Below the pieces are notes generated by a model that saw only the letters and a list, made by a program, of their open reading frames with translations, ran no database searches and was not told the origin of the DNA. Position numbers and translations under genes: made by a program. DNA of 64,000 bases, taken from assembly GCA_000320545.1 (NCBI GenBank), contig ADNK01003263.1:1-64000 (forward strand), written 5' to 3'. Position 1 is the stretch's first letter, and each line of letters opens with the position of its first letter. Positions 35,689 to 49,561 of this stretch are shown in pieces. Source of the DNA: Bigelowiella natans CCMP2755. Taxonomy: Eukaryota; Protista; Cercozoa.

Positions 35689-36095
35689 CAATTTATAAAC
35701 ATATATTTATTAACTGTGCTGAAATATTTATGTATTTATTTTGTGTGCATGGTCAGTATCTGTGCATTATAAATATTAGCTTGAAGAAATGAATTATTAT
35801 GGCCTCCTCCTCCTTTCTGTTTATTTTCCAGATCAACATTGATAGGGCGGTTGTTCTCTTTCACTACCACTACTACTACTACCCCCCCCCCCTCTCTCCA
35901 CCACCTCCTTTCAGGCCAATGGCGCTTCCATTTCCTGTAGTATATTTGGTAGTATTTGTAGTATCGTAGAACAGTTGTTACCCATCGATGATAACTAGAT
36001 TTTAGTTTATAAGCTACTTCTAATGGGGATAACAATAAATAATATATCAGGAAAGATGAGGTCAAAACGACGAAAAAGCAGCAGCAGAGGGAGTG

Positions 36096-36126
<31 letters not shown>

Positions 36127-36161
36127 CAGTATTTTGGTAATAAGAAACATATTAAGAACAA

Positions 36162-36450
36162 TTAGTAGTAGCTTGCTTCATTATTACTGTCTACGACATC
36201 GACTCGATCGCCGTCCTTCATACTATAAGCTTCAAGAGTCTCTTCTTGGTGCTTTGGAATGCGGACGCCTGATGGAGGAGGAAGGAGGATGATGATGATG
36301 ATGATGATGATGTTTCATATTGACCAGAATTCTCATCATTTTTGCATCATCGTCATCATCATCATCATCATCATCATCATCTCTCACTATAATACCTTTA
36401 TACAGCAGCCATACCGGTCTCTGTGAGGAACTCCCCTGATGGACGCACAC

Positions 36451-36488
<38 letters not shown>

Positions 36489-37093
36489 CTCATTATTATG
36501 TCCATCATCATAAGTTATAAAGGAAGTACAATGTTCATTCTGAACATGCTGCTGCCTATCTTGCACACATCATGTATTTAATACTCAATACTACTGTTTG
36601 AGTGTGATCATCGTTTTCATCATTATTATATCTTTCTTTCTCTCTTTCTCTCTCTCCCTTCCTCCCCCTCCTACCCTTCGACTTTGACAGTCTGTTGTTG
36701 TTTTCTTCTTCTTCTTCTTCTTGTTGTTTCTCTTCTTCTTCTTCCTCCAACCCTGCTGCCTCTGTCTATTTTCCCCTCCCTTCTCCCTTCTTTAATACTA
36801 TCATCATCATCATAAAATTTGATCATAAATAAGCACACTGGTACAACAACTACCTTTAAAGACAAAAAACCAACATGGGCCATCACGCTTTGAAGAAGTA
36901 CATGAACTCGCACCATCGGAGAGACTGTCGCTTCAATCCAGAAACTTGATGGTGAGGAGGGGAGAGGCGAAAGTAGAGGTGTATTGATTATTTTCTTGAG
37001 TTGTTCGATATTAGATTGAGGTATTGATTTGTAGATGGATAGATATAGATATAGAGATAGAGATAGATCAGTCTCAAGAGAAAGAATATAAGC

Positions 37094-37126
<33 letters not shown>

Positions 37127-38295
37127 GCCCACTGTAATTTATTAATACCCGTTCTCCTCACAATTAACATATACTCGAAAACTGTTCCGACTCCCACGAG
37201 GCACCATTTCAGCACTCTCCACCTAGTGATGGTGATAGTGATGATCCAGTAAAGAACAAGTGGAGAAAGTACTGTGTGTGCGCATCGATGGAGGAGGAAT
37301 GGAAAAGATACTGATGCTATTGTTGTTAATTTAGTTGTTGTTGTTGTTGTTATTGTTGCAGTCGGCATTCGTGTGTGCATATCTATAATTATCATATAGT
37401 ACCTGCACAACATGAAGAGTTGATTTGTCATTAAGCCCTGATGATGAAAGAAGAGACAGGTAGTAGTAGTAGACCACCATAGTTATTAAGTACAACTTAC
37501 GTCGATGATAACAATTAATACGACACAACAACAAGCACTTCCTAGGAATATAAAAATTTAGCATCATTTTTATGCAAAAAACATTCCCTTCGTATGAAGA
37601 ACCCTCTCTATCTAAGCCTAATCGCTTCTCCTCCTCCTTCTCCTCCTCCTACTCCTACAACAGCAACAACAACAACAACAACTACTACTACTACTACCAG
37701 TCTCCCTGACAGTCGATTTAAGGTCCAACAGACGAGCCCGACAACTAAGTCTTTGAATGGAAGCAGAACCTATTAATTATATATGTCAAAATAATATATG
37801 TTAGTATATGTATATATTTTTATATGTACATATACAAGGAAAGAGAAGAAAGAGGAAGAAGAAACATAAGAAGAATAAGGGTATAGAGGGCAGACGTACA
37901 AGTATAACTTATGATAATAACGAAACCAGACGACGATTGCACAACTACAATTGTGGTGGCTACGGCAATACTGTAGTAGCAGCAGCAGCAGCACCAACAG
38001 ATGCTCAGGTATTCACGCACTCGACGCTGCAGAGAGGAGATTGGAGGCTCCGTTGTTGCCTTTTCTTGCTTCATGGGAGTTGTTCATAGCTAAGAAATAT
38101 GACGAAGAAAACCGTCAATATTGCTGTAGAGCGTAATAAGTGAAAATAATGAGAGGGACGATCTTGGGATAGAAAGAAGGTAATAAAAGGGAGGAGGAGG
38201 AGGGGAAGGAAGAAGAAGAAGAAGAAGAAGAAGAAGAAGAAGAAAGGCCCTTGATAGGATTCAAAAGAAAACAAAGGCAGCAACAGGCTACGCAC

Positions 38296-38328
<33 letters not shown>

Positions 38329-41093
38329 CTCCTGGTCCTCGAGTCATTTGCCGAAATTGTTCCAGTAGTCTACAGAGAGATTGGGTAGTAGAAGAGTAGT
38401 GTCTTCTTGTTGTTGTTGTTGTTACTTTAAGTACATCCCATCATTCCAATCAATAAAAACAACAGCACTCGTAATAGTAGTAGTAGTAGTAGTAGGAGGA
38501 TCTTGTAAACAATGACACGAAATGTGTAATACTTCCAAAACTAGAAACACATCATCATCATCATTGGAAGATCTAAAATATGTCCGAGCTTGCTGCTTCT
38601 CGTGTGTTGTGCCGCTCCATCCCCCACATACACAAACACTGTTTTTTGTGTTTTTGCAATGACCCTTCCTCTAGAAAAGAAAGGGGAAAGAAGGTGGAGA
38701 TAAAGAGGGAGGAAGGAAAACAACTGACAGACAGCAGACAAAAATAGATGTACCTCCCAAGCGTGTCGTTCGGATTCACAGGCAGCCAGAGTCTTGAAAC
38801 AGTGCAGGGAAGTCCCAACTTGACCTCCTGCATGTGCACGAAGAGGTTGTTGTTGTTGTTGTTGTTCACCATCCGGGGGGCAGAGGAGGCGCCAGATTGG
38901 TAAGAGGAAGAGGACGATTTGCTGTGCAGCCCCCCCCCCCCATAATAGCCTTCGCCATAACCACCTTCATTTGCGATTGAGGTTGAGGAGGAGGAAGAAG
39001 ATCGGCTCTGACGAGAATGTGGAGAATGTTTATGTATGCCTTCTCCTTCATTATTATTACGTGAAAATTCAGGTATTGTGGTGGTGGTGGCTCTGCTGTT
39101 CGAGTGAGGATGATACTGCTGCTGCTGCAGTGTCCTCTTATTATCGTCATTTACGCGGGAAGAATAGGAAATAACATTTCGATTTGGAGAATGATTGCCC
39201 ATTCCTTCTTCGTCTTCTTCATTGCCATTTAGTAATCCTCTGCTGCTGCCTTTGTAACCACTTGCGTTTTGGGCAGAGAATTCTCTCTCTTTCAAGTCTA
39301 GTTCGTATTTCTTTCTGATCCTGCTGCTATTGCTGTTTGAAGGAATACGGTTGTACTGTTGCAATTGAGGATCAAACGTTCCCACTATGCTGCTACTGCT
39401 CCTCCTCCTCAAAATTTCATCGGTCTGCTGCTGCTGGTGGTGGTGGTGGTGCTGCTTAGTCGGAGAATGGAGCGAATTCACAAAAACCTTTAATACCGAT
39501 TTAGGAAGTGCAGGGGGGGGTTGTAGTAATCCAGGGGAAAGGCCATCGTCATCAGCGGCAGAATCAGTAATTGATGACTGGTTTGATACGGGACGCACAA
39601 GCCGGTAGGCTTCAATGAGTTCTGCTGTAGACGTAATTGTGACAGCATCATCATCGTCGTCAAAGTAGGTTACAAAGAATGACTCAGCTTCAAGCCGGTA
39701 AATCGTACTCAACATATCGTTCAATGCGTCGAACGAGAAACTAGTAGCTGGAAGTGAGAATCTGCGAATATCTCCCTCAAAATTTGCCTTAATGCAGTAT
39801 GATGGCAACAATGACTTAGTCGGGCTTGCTGCCAAGAGATGATGATGGTTGGTAGCACCAGCCCGTAAATGGTTTGATGAAGTCTTCTTCACCATTAGGC
39901 TATCTTGGGGAGAAGAACGGAAAGAGGAGTTTTCATCGATATGATTCTCGCTTAATTCTGTTGCACGTAGAATGTCTGCCGTGCCGCCTTTCCCATGTAC
40001 TGCAGAGTTTCTCCTCACTCCATTATTCCTCCCCCCTCCTTTCAGCTGTTGTCGTGTCTGTTGTCCAAGTTTTTTCTGCCCCTGCTCCTGCGTGTATTTG
40101 ACCATAGTAGAGTCTCTTTTTTCTCCCCCCATGACTGACGTTGTCACCGTCGATGATGCCAACCCTAATTGCTCTTCTGATTTGGCAGAAGGCTTATCCA
40201 GCTCTGTCATCGCTGAGAGCGCAAGTGCAACGGCTCGAGGATCCGAACTTAATGGATCTTGTGATTGAAGTTCCATTACCTTAGCATTGAGCTGTGCAAC
40301 CTTCATTTCTAAATCCTGTACATACGCTTTCTTTCTTCGCCGACTTGCTCGTGCTAGTTCAGCCTTACGGGCCAGTCTGAAACATAGCCCATTGAGAAAG
40401 AAATAAATTAACCCTCAGATTAGATGAGATCATTGATCCCAAATTATGACGATAAGTCTGTTGTTACTATTCATTACAGCTCATGGCAGGGTGAAAAAGG
40501 TTGTATTCAAATTTATTCAAGGCTACATTGGTAAGTAGTAAAAGTAGTAAAGTGCGTTTAAATAATTTTATGTTGATAAATAATGTTCTATTCTGTCACG
40601 AAAGTAATTATCTGTATGGAAAGGAATCAAGAACCACATGTTGATTTCTAGCAAAAAGTCAAACATTAGATTTCATGACATAAATTGTTCTATTTCCTAA
40701 GTTCATTTCATTTTGAAAGTTTCGGCGCCCCTAAATGAGATTTCTGCCGCTAAAACTCTTTTTCCATGCACAGCGGCGTAAAGCATTGCAATTCGACTGT
40801 TTCCACTCATTATAATCTAGAATGAATCTATCTACGATAAAAATGAGATGCCTTGCGGATAAATTCCGTGCCAAACCACTCGACATGAAATTAAGTGGCG
40901 TGGCACGTGGTCATCATCTACGGGCACTTCCGAGACCGAGATCTGTTTGTACTCTAAAAGCAGCCCGCAGTTCAATTTGTGACAAACTTCTTTTTTACCT
41001 TCTTTTTATCTTGTTGCTGCCTTCGGGAGCATTGGGCTCCTGATCCATGTTTCGCGGAGGGGGCTCGGAAGGAGGCGGGCTCAGGCGATGCAT
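36162..41093 (-). CDS. bZIP-domain protein with a PB1 domain and two C-terminal ubiquitin-like domains (putative transcription factor)
   Basis: Exon 41093-40999 (MHRLS...NKIKR) splices in phase to 40376 (RLARKAELARASRRRKKAYVQDLEMKVAQLNAKVMELQ). PB1: IKANFEGDIRRF...VTYFDDDDDAVTITSTAELIEA (~39600-39795). Phase-consistent downstream exons give UBL1 (LPVNPNDTLGRL...IQRLSCRARLLDLKSTVRETGLNDKSTLHVV) and UBL2 (FRVYV...WLLYKGVRI...ETLEAYSMKDGDRVDVV), with stop TAA at 36164-36162. Confidence 0.8.
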
Positions 41094-41622
41094 AATTGGT
41101 CTGATAGCATTGGCTTTGAGGTGTGAGCAGCTTACAAAATATGCAGCTGAGAGCTAAAATACTCCAGAAAATTCCAGAAAAGGCAAAAATGCAATCCAAT
41201 ATGTTCAAATATGTTCTACATCATCTAATGCACATGAAAATTACAATGCATAATTAGGGTCCCTATTATCGAAGATTTGAGAGAAGTTCTGTATTATAGT
41301 GGAAAAATGATTGGTCGCATGCAAGTAAATCTAGTTGAATTTTTCGAAAATGCCAACTGCCTCCCCACCAGATGATCTTCTCGTGGGTTGAGCGATTTTG
41401 CAACAATTATCATGCTCAACAAGTCCAATTTTACAATGGAAAGGCCTATACTTTTACTTGTGGGCTCCGAGCCACCGATAGTGTCGGGTGTCTCGTCGTC
41501 GCTCGAGATATTTTCAAAAGCCAGTCTTGCGGATGTTTGAAGTTTTCATGGTGATATTTTCAGAAACGTCGAGCTATTACATTGTCGTAACAAAAGATTT
41601 AAATGTGTTTTTCAGTGAGTTA

Positions 41623-42920
41623 CATTCTCTCTTTTGGGATTCATGTTTGAAATGACATCGATGCACTGTGACGTGGCTCTCCACGCACCAGCACGTCGCA
41701 TCTCCAAACCGCGTGGACCAGTTTCAGGTCACAAAAAAGTGGGACAGAGGAAGTTGGAAGTTCCAGCGGTTTTCAACGTTCATCAAAGTTGGATGTTCCA
41801 AATCCATGCAAATCCAGGAAACAAATCCTGACACAGGTGAATCAGCGTGTCCCGTGCTCGTGGTCTTCTCAACCGCTGCAATGAATCTTCCTTTCTTTGT
41901 TTCCAAAAAACAAGTGCACATGCACAGTGTCCAACTTCGGGAAATTCGTCAATGTTCCAATGCTTCAATGCTCTCATTCGTCTAGTTCGTGCATTCGTTC
42001 ACGTCAACCACGAGCACGCCTCACGTGTCCTCTCTCACTTCTCTGGTTCTCTTTCAGAAACGTCTCCAAACTCTCAACGTCACCACTCGTCCTCCTCCGT
42101 TCTGGCGTTGTCCAAGCTTGGCAGCAGCACAAGTGCAAACCTTGTCAGAAAGTCGCAACGGTCGCAGATCGATCAATCCGGTTCGAAGCGCAAAGTCTCT
42201 GCGACGAGCCTGCCTCCAGTCTCCTCACATCACTTCCAACTCTTCTGCTGGTTTTGTGCACGTTCGAGTTTGGACCTGAGTGAATGGTGGTGAAAGTGCA
42301 GAAAAATCAAAGCAGCTAGGCAGGCTAGCAGGTCTGCAGGGAGATGACAGCCAGACGAGCTAGCGAGTGATCGATTTGGCGATCTCAAGATGTGGGTCCT
42401 CGTTCACGCACTGTGGAAACTCGCCAAACAAGCTGGCTAGCAAGTGCGTCCGTGATCCAGCTGCTTGTGATCGCACTTCGCTTGCGGTGAACGTGCACAC
42501 ACACACACACACACACACGCAGTGGGCTCCAGCCAGGCCAGCTAGCCAGCGCTAGTAGCGCCCTGCTAGCCTGCCGATCGGAATGAAGTGAGACAAACTA
42601 GCAAAGCGAACGTGCACACGCGGAACAGAGCACAACGTGCGTGCTGCAAGCAAGTGTCACTCGCAGTGTAGCAGGAGGTGGAAACTAGGAAAGCACTTCC
42701 CCAGTCCAGCACGTCTGAGCATCGCAGACACGCCTTTCCTTGCTTCGCTTCATGACCCTTTCAGGCTAGCAGGCTGCACCGCACACGACGATGTCCGACG
42801 CCCCCGCCATGTGGCGACGCACGCTAGCACGCAGAGATTCAGTGGCATCATTGTGAGCATCACACATCCATGCTGCAGCATGCTAGCATGCGGGTGCGCT
42901 CAACATGCACTCATTGCTGG
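41623..42920. other. TpA-depleted, CTAG-sparing island
   Basis: In ~1.3 kb, 13 CTAG and 2 GTAG are the only TA-containing sites found. Confidence 0.93.
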
Positions 42921-43080
42921 TACACCATGTTCATCCATGTGTCAGTCATTTCCACATCACATCATTTGACCCCTATGAATATTTGCATGGTCATCAATTG
43001 AACAATGATCTTCATATACATCTTTTTACTTCTCACAATGACTAAAGTAGGCCATGAAACACACATTTCTCATTAACATG

Positions 43081-43722
43081 TCAACTAGTAGTGTTCTCTT
43101 CCATCCGCCACCCAAGGACTTCCATAGCCCACATTAACGATCTATGTTCATCCTCTTTCAAGAGCCGAATCGCATCCCTTACAGGTTTATCGAAATTCTG
43201 GAGGAAATTCTTGGTTGGAGGGTACGCAAGTTTGGCAAACGACCACAATGTAATCGATATATGATAAGAACTGAAATCATCTTGATGCCGTATTGCAGCA
43301 TTTTCGAGAATATGTATCATTCGACGTTTACTCGCTGGCATCCCTAAAATCGGAGATCTAGCAATTGACCACAACATACTAGAAATTGTTTGTGGTGTCC
43401 ATTTCGATTCCAAATCAACTGCTCTTTTATATAGCAACCGTATTATCTCCTCCTCTAGATCGGCAGACTTGCTTATGATACTACTACTACTACTACTACC
43501 ACTACCACCGACTTCGCTACTTGAAGCATGCTGTCTGCTTATGCTAAATGTGACAGCACGTGTGAGACGACCGACAGGATGTTGTGCCTAGTAAGAGGGA
43601 GAGGGGGAGGAAGGTAAGGGTGGATACATTGTGAACGCATCATAATACGTGTGTTCTCTTTTCCTCCAAGAGAACAATAAACACTATTATATGCGTATTA
43701 GGTTGTGAAAATCAAATATTAT

Positions 43723-43763
<41 letters not shown>

Positions 43764-46361
43764 TATGTAATATTTACATGTATATTATATTTTCATATAT
43801 ATTTATTTATTACATTGCAATATAGATTTAAGATTACGCATTTAAATAAATTAACAAAATAAATATCCACCAAAACATTTAGGACGCGCATGTGATATAT
43901 GATTTCTAAATCCTTCTACCATACTATGATATTCATTTGTTGCATGGAGATTAAGTTTACTACTACTACTACTACTACTACTACTACAACTTGGATACTA
44001 ATATTCCACTTACAAAGCGAGAAAGTGCCCAAAGCGCGTTGACCGTTCCTTGTAAATTTAGTAGGTTGTGTTTTCTCACAATTTGTTCTTTAAGAGCCTT
44101 CATAACACGTCCTTGGGGATGTTTTTTGAACTTTGAAAGAGCCCATAAGCAGTTTGCAACGCTCTTAAAACAAAACAATAATGGCGCAAAATAGCAAAGA
44201 ACAACAGGAAGATGACAAGAAAAATAAGATGAAAAAGAAGGAGATGATGATGATGATGATGATGATGGTATTATTATTAATAATAATAATATTATTAGTA
44301 TTATGATACTGGTATATGGACATGTAACATACTAAAAACATAATTTTTTTGCTTTATAGATTATCATCTAGATTTTGTTTAAATGTATACAAAATATCTA
44401 CAACACACACACACACACACACACACACACTCCCTTACGACACACAACACACACCTGTGCAGTAAATTCATGAGATGAATGGGCAATTCGTGCTTCCAAT
44501 GCCTTTTGCATGGCAGACGAAGGATTTATGGAGAGCTTTGCATATGACCATAAAATAATGGATATTGCTTGAGAGGAGAATCTATAACAATTTTGGTGCT
44601 CGATTGTACTCTCCAGATCCTCTAGAAAAACATCCATCGGTTTTTCGCCAAGCTGTGTCAACGACCACAAGATATTGGCAGTTCCCTGTGGCGTGCATGT
44701 ATTACTAAGAGCGATTGCTTTAAGTTGCAAAGCTTTTATCAATTTGTCACAGGGCTTATGTCTTATGCTGGCAAAGGCCCACAATGTATTGGAAACGGCC
44801 TGAGCATTAAACTTTCCAACATGCTTTAAAGTGGCCTTTTCGAGAGCATCTAAAAGTCGTGGTTCAGGAGGTGCTAACGATGATGACGACGACGATGATG
44901 ATGATAAGGATGATGATGAGATTATGTTGTGATAATTATTGTTATCATTATCATCAACAAAACCACCAGCAACAGCAACAGCCACAGCAACAGCAGAGCT
45001 GTCTTCTCCCGCTCTCTTGCGACTCTCCAACTTTGCCAATGACCACAACATACTCGCAATACTTTGCGGGGCCTTAAAAGTAGTAATCTGTCCGTTATCC
45101 ACAACAACGAACAAACGAAGAAAATGGATGAATATATTGTACAAATATACTACATTTGCATTAATAATATGCTAAAAGCAGCGAAGCAGAAAACGATAAA
45201 ACAGAGAGAGAGAGGAGGGGGGAGGGGCAAAGTTGCGAGAAAAGACAAGAGAAGAATAAAAAGAGAGAACGAGAATGAAGGCACAGTAAGAGAAAATGAA
45301 TGAAAAAAAGAGGAGAAACAACGTATTAGTAGTGAGCAAACAAGTGAATAGATAATAGAGAGAACGATGTTCAATAACAACATTGGACGTCTTCTACTGC
45401 AACTACTACTACTACTAATACTAATACTAATACTATCAATCACCACCATACCCTGCCTCCCATGGTTCAAAAACGCTTGCTTTCGTCATCAAATAAATAA
45501 ATTAATAATATGTTCTACTACGTACTACTATTATTACAGGCGGCGTACCTTATTTAATGTTACTTTCTGCATCTTTTGATGAAACTGCAGAGATGGACGA
45601 TGCTGTAACTTAACAAACGCCCACAGTGTGTTTGAGATGTCTTGAGGGTTATATTCATCTAGTATTTGTAGACCTGCCTCCTGAGAAAGAGAGCGAGAGA
45701 GAGGGAGAATTCAATATAATAATGATTAGTAGGACAGACATTTACTATTGCTGATGTTATCATTGATCGGTGTTACTTACTACTACTTACTTGCATATGA
45801 TATCATGAAACAGCAACTACTATTACTACTGCCACTACCACCACCGCCACCACCACTACTACTACCTCAATGAGCGACATGGAAGAGTGCTCAAGTCGAA
45901 ATCTCAAAGATGCAAAACTCCACAACATATTGGAAAGAGAATGCGCATTTGTGGTATTTCTTCTCAAAACGAGGTTTTTCTCAATTTCCTTCAATAAGTC
46001 AACTTCTGATCTGTTTGTTGCAAAAAAAAGAAGAATTAAGCGATTGAATAATTACAATCTTTACAGTACTACGTATCTCACCACCTGGTGATGATGATGA
46101 TGATTATCATCGTTATCATCAACAAACTAAACTACTGCAATTATTACCTTAGGCGCAGACGGACCATCGACCATAGAATGTTAGCCATACTTTGTGGATG
46201 TGCCTCACTTAGTTTGCCGTGTGCAAGATATAGATACTCAGCCAATAATTTCGGTTTTATCCGAACATATCCAGACTTGGCTTCATTTGATGAATGTGTA
46301 GACAACACATCTAGACGTCCAAATGCCCATATTGCTGATGCTAGACCTGAGAAACGAATAA

Positions 46362-46393
<32 letters not shown>

Positions 46394-46445
46394 AATGTGT
46401 AACTTGTTTGTTTGATTAATGACGAATCCATAGCATGAAACAATG

Positions 46446-46480
<35 letters not shown>

Positions 46481-48171
46481 TAATGCTACCTCTTGCATCC
46501 AAGTCTTTGCTGATATCTTCAAGATGAGAAATTAATCTCCCAAATTGCCGTTGAATACGGTACGTGTGCTACATAAATACATATAACATACACATTTGAG
46601 CTACATACATACATATATACATACGCATTTGAACATAAGAAGATAGCAGAAAGAACAAATATTTAAATGACTGCATAGTAGTAGTCGCGAAATAGACAAC
46701 GATACTTGTTGACCCTCTCATTGCGCAACAATCTACACATTATTATTAGTATCATCATCATACTAAGGACAGCTACATAATGATGATTTATCCCATCTAG
46801 TTATTAGTATAGTACCGTATCATGAAGGAACATCGGACTTGTCTTTGCTATCGTATGAATGCATGTGACGATGTTTATGGAACTGAGTCGATGATCTTTA
46901 TTCACCATCTCTAATGCTTCAAGAGCCTCTTCAGCACTCTTTGATTCCTTGTAACACGTAGTAAAAGCGAACATTGGAAAGAAAGAGTGGGGGGAGGGAG
47001 GAAGTGTAGGACAAGAATATTTATTAATTAGAACCACTGTACTGGCTACTGACACGCAATAAGCAATAACAAAAGATAAGCGAAGGTGTGTGTGTGTGTG
47101 TGTGTCTGTGTGGAAGAGGTACAATAATGAAATAAAAGAAATAAACTAAAAATAATCTTAACAAATTGAAGCAAAGAAAAATAATGTAAAATAAATATAG
47201 AGTAGAGAAACAGAAGAAAGAGGGGCAATAGAAGAGATCGCCAGTAGCAGCAATCAATACAATAACATAAATGGTACAATATAATATTTCTACGTAACTA
47301 CCTGTAATAATTGATTTGTGCCCTTCCTACTGCTACTACTACTACTCTGCTGCCGTCGTTGATGAGGCTGCCACCGTGTTTCTTTAATCATACTACTACT
47401 ACTACTACTACAACTTGTACTACTACTACTACTACTACTAACATTATAGTCATGATCTACTACTATAGGCCAATTGTCAGGTTTCGATAGTTTATTTTGA
47501 GTACAGGAGGAGGAGGAGGAATGATTGGTTTGGGATATTATTCTACTGCTGTAATTGTTGTTCGTGGAGGAATCGGTGGTCACCAGAGGAGATTTTGCTG
47601 CTGAACTCGTAGTATCATCACCCACTACCGAGGAGGAGGAGATTGCAGCACCGACTTGTGTCATCGAGAATATTCTTCTTTTTTTGTTGTTCAATAAGCT
47701 CTCTTTTCGAAATAATTGCAAGAGCATTAATCGTGAAGTAGTAGGAGTAGTTGCAGATGTAGAAGTAGTAGTAGGGCAAGTTTGAGAACCCAGCAGTAGG
47801 CTTGAATAGATCTTATTATTACTCATGCTGCCACTTCTGCGGCTAAAGAGAAGACTGCTTGATTTCGACGTTATTTGGATGTTAGTTCTCATCAGATTAG
47901 CACGTGTGTGACGGTTAGATGCTATTCGAGATGCTGAATGCGCCGATCCGCTACCAATGAATGAAATCCAACATAACCCTATCAGTACAACACGAACAAA
48001 CGAACGATGACGAGAGACAATACTGCATCTTCTTCCCCGCACTATGATGCTCATATCATCCTTATTGTGTTTGATTGATGATGACGTAGTCGAAGAAGAG
48101 GAAGAATCGCGGTGGGATGATAATGTGGTGGAAATGGAGGACGCCTTCTCTTGAATCACACCCTCTGTCAT
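43081..48171 (-). CDS. Octotricopeptide/heptatricopeptide-type helical repeat protein (organellar RNA-binding type), multi-exon
   Basis: About 12 repeats of ~37-38 aa with a (P)QxxxNxLW(S/A)xxxL core: GLASAIWAFGRL, PQSMANILWSMVRL, AHSLSNMLWSFASL, PQDISNTLWAFVKL, PQSIASMLWSLAKL, AQAVSNTLWAFASI, PQGTANILWSLTQL, SQAISIILWSYAKL, VANCLWALSKF, LQGTVNALWALSRF, PQTISSMLWSIARS, SYHISITLWSFAKL. First exon 48171-~47302 has a hydrophobic stretch followed by an S/T/R-rich region. Confidence 0.85.
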
Positions 48172-49279
48172 TGTAACGACGCCTCTGTTTCGCGATTCAG
48201 CCTTGGAGCTGCGCGATATTAGCTGCCGGATTGAATAACAATAGTGCTGTGCATAGTATTGTCGAGAAAGTCAAAGAGTTTCAGATGATTAGATGAATAA
48301 ATAATAGCTTTTTCATGTGTCGGGGCAACAACTTCCAATTGTCAAGGACCACCAATGGAGAACGACGAATTGACGATTCTTTTTTTAGCAATTCGAGTCA
48401 ATAAAACGGATTATTCTGTATACAAAGCGGCCACCCACCTATGGTATTCCCGTAAATTCCCTGTCACCGATAAAGTAGGTGGTCACGTGAACCACGCGAA
48501 GAGGGAGGTAGTACCCCATTCGGCTCAATTTCATCAACGGTCAGTGACGGTCACTACCAACATTATTTGTACAATATTGATATGACCTGTACTTTTCAGC
48601 GTTTAAACAGTGAGACATTGTCGCATACTTAAAATATCCTATGTATGGACTGCTAAAAACAGCATGTGGGTGAACAACCAGAAACTACTGAGTAATTATT
48701 GTCTGCTGCATGGACGAACAAGAAAAATGCAGAAAAACTAATAATGAGCTAAAAATAGAGGCAAACTACTAATAAGTTAGTGAGTTAGTTATTATCTGTT
48801 CGCGTCCTTGACTTACCAGCTATGTTTTTTCACCGAAGTGATTGTCACAGTGGATGTTGTCTCATAAAAGACATTGCGAAAGTCAAAAAATCATGAACAA
48901 AGATTATTGTCTGTATGTGGGTAGGTGTTGTTGGTGGATGTCCTCCCATGTAAAAATGAATTATATATTATAATATAAACAACACATACTACAACACATA
49001 ATAATAGCCTGCCGTAGAGAGACCACCACCCCGGATAGAGAACATAACCCACACGACGCAACGTAACAAGACCCTCGCTCAATCAATCGTGAGTGAATGA
49101 TAACTATATCCTGAAGATAGATTAATAGAGTAGAAGTGAATGGTGATGAGAAGAATACAATACATAATGAACGTGAGAAAAATACCAAAGTCTTAGACAT
49201 CACGGTGTTGTAGTTTTTTCCCTCTCATTTTAATCTGTATATTGCATTGATATTTGTTGAATTCGATCGTGAATAGAAA
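48172..49279. promoter_or_regulatory. Putative bidirectional promoter region (OPR gene / DDX27)
   Basis: Lies between divergent start codons; microsatellite-poor with normal TpA content. Confidence 0.4.
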
Positions 49280-49530
49280 ATGGGAGACGATTTCATTCGG
49301 ACACTTCATTCATCGGATGACGAGGATGAACAAGATGCCGATGATTCAAGCGATTTTGAAATGGCTGCTATGCAAAAGAAATCGTCGTCGGTCAAGGTAG
49401 CTGCTGTGTTCGCAAAATTGACACATAGTAGTATCGTGAGACATTAGTGGCCTATGAAACTACTATCTTTTCCGTGACCCAGCATGCATGCATATATTTG
49501 CTGATGAAATTGTTTTGTCATCATCGTCAC

Positions 49531-49561
<31 letters not shown>

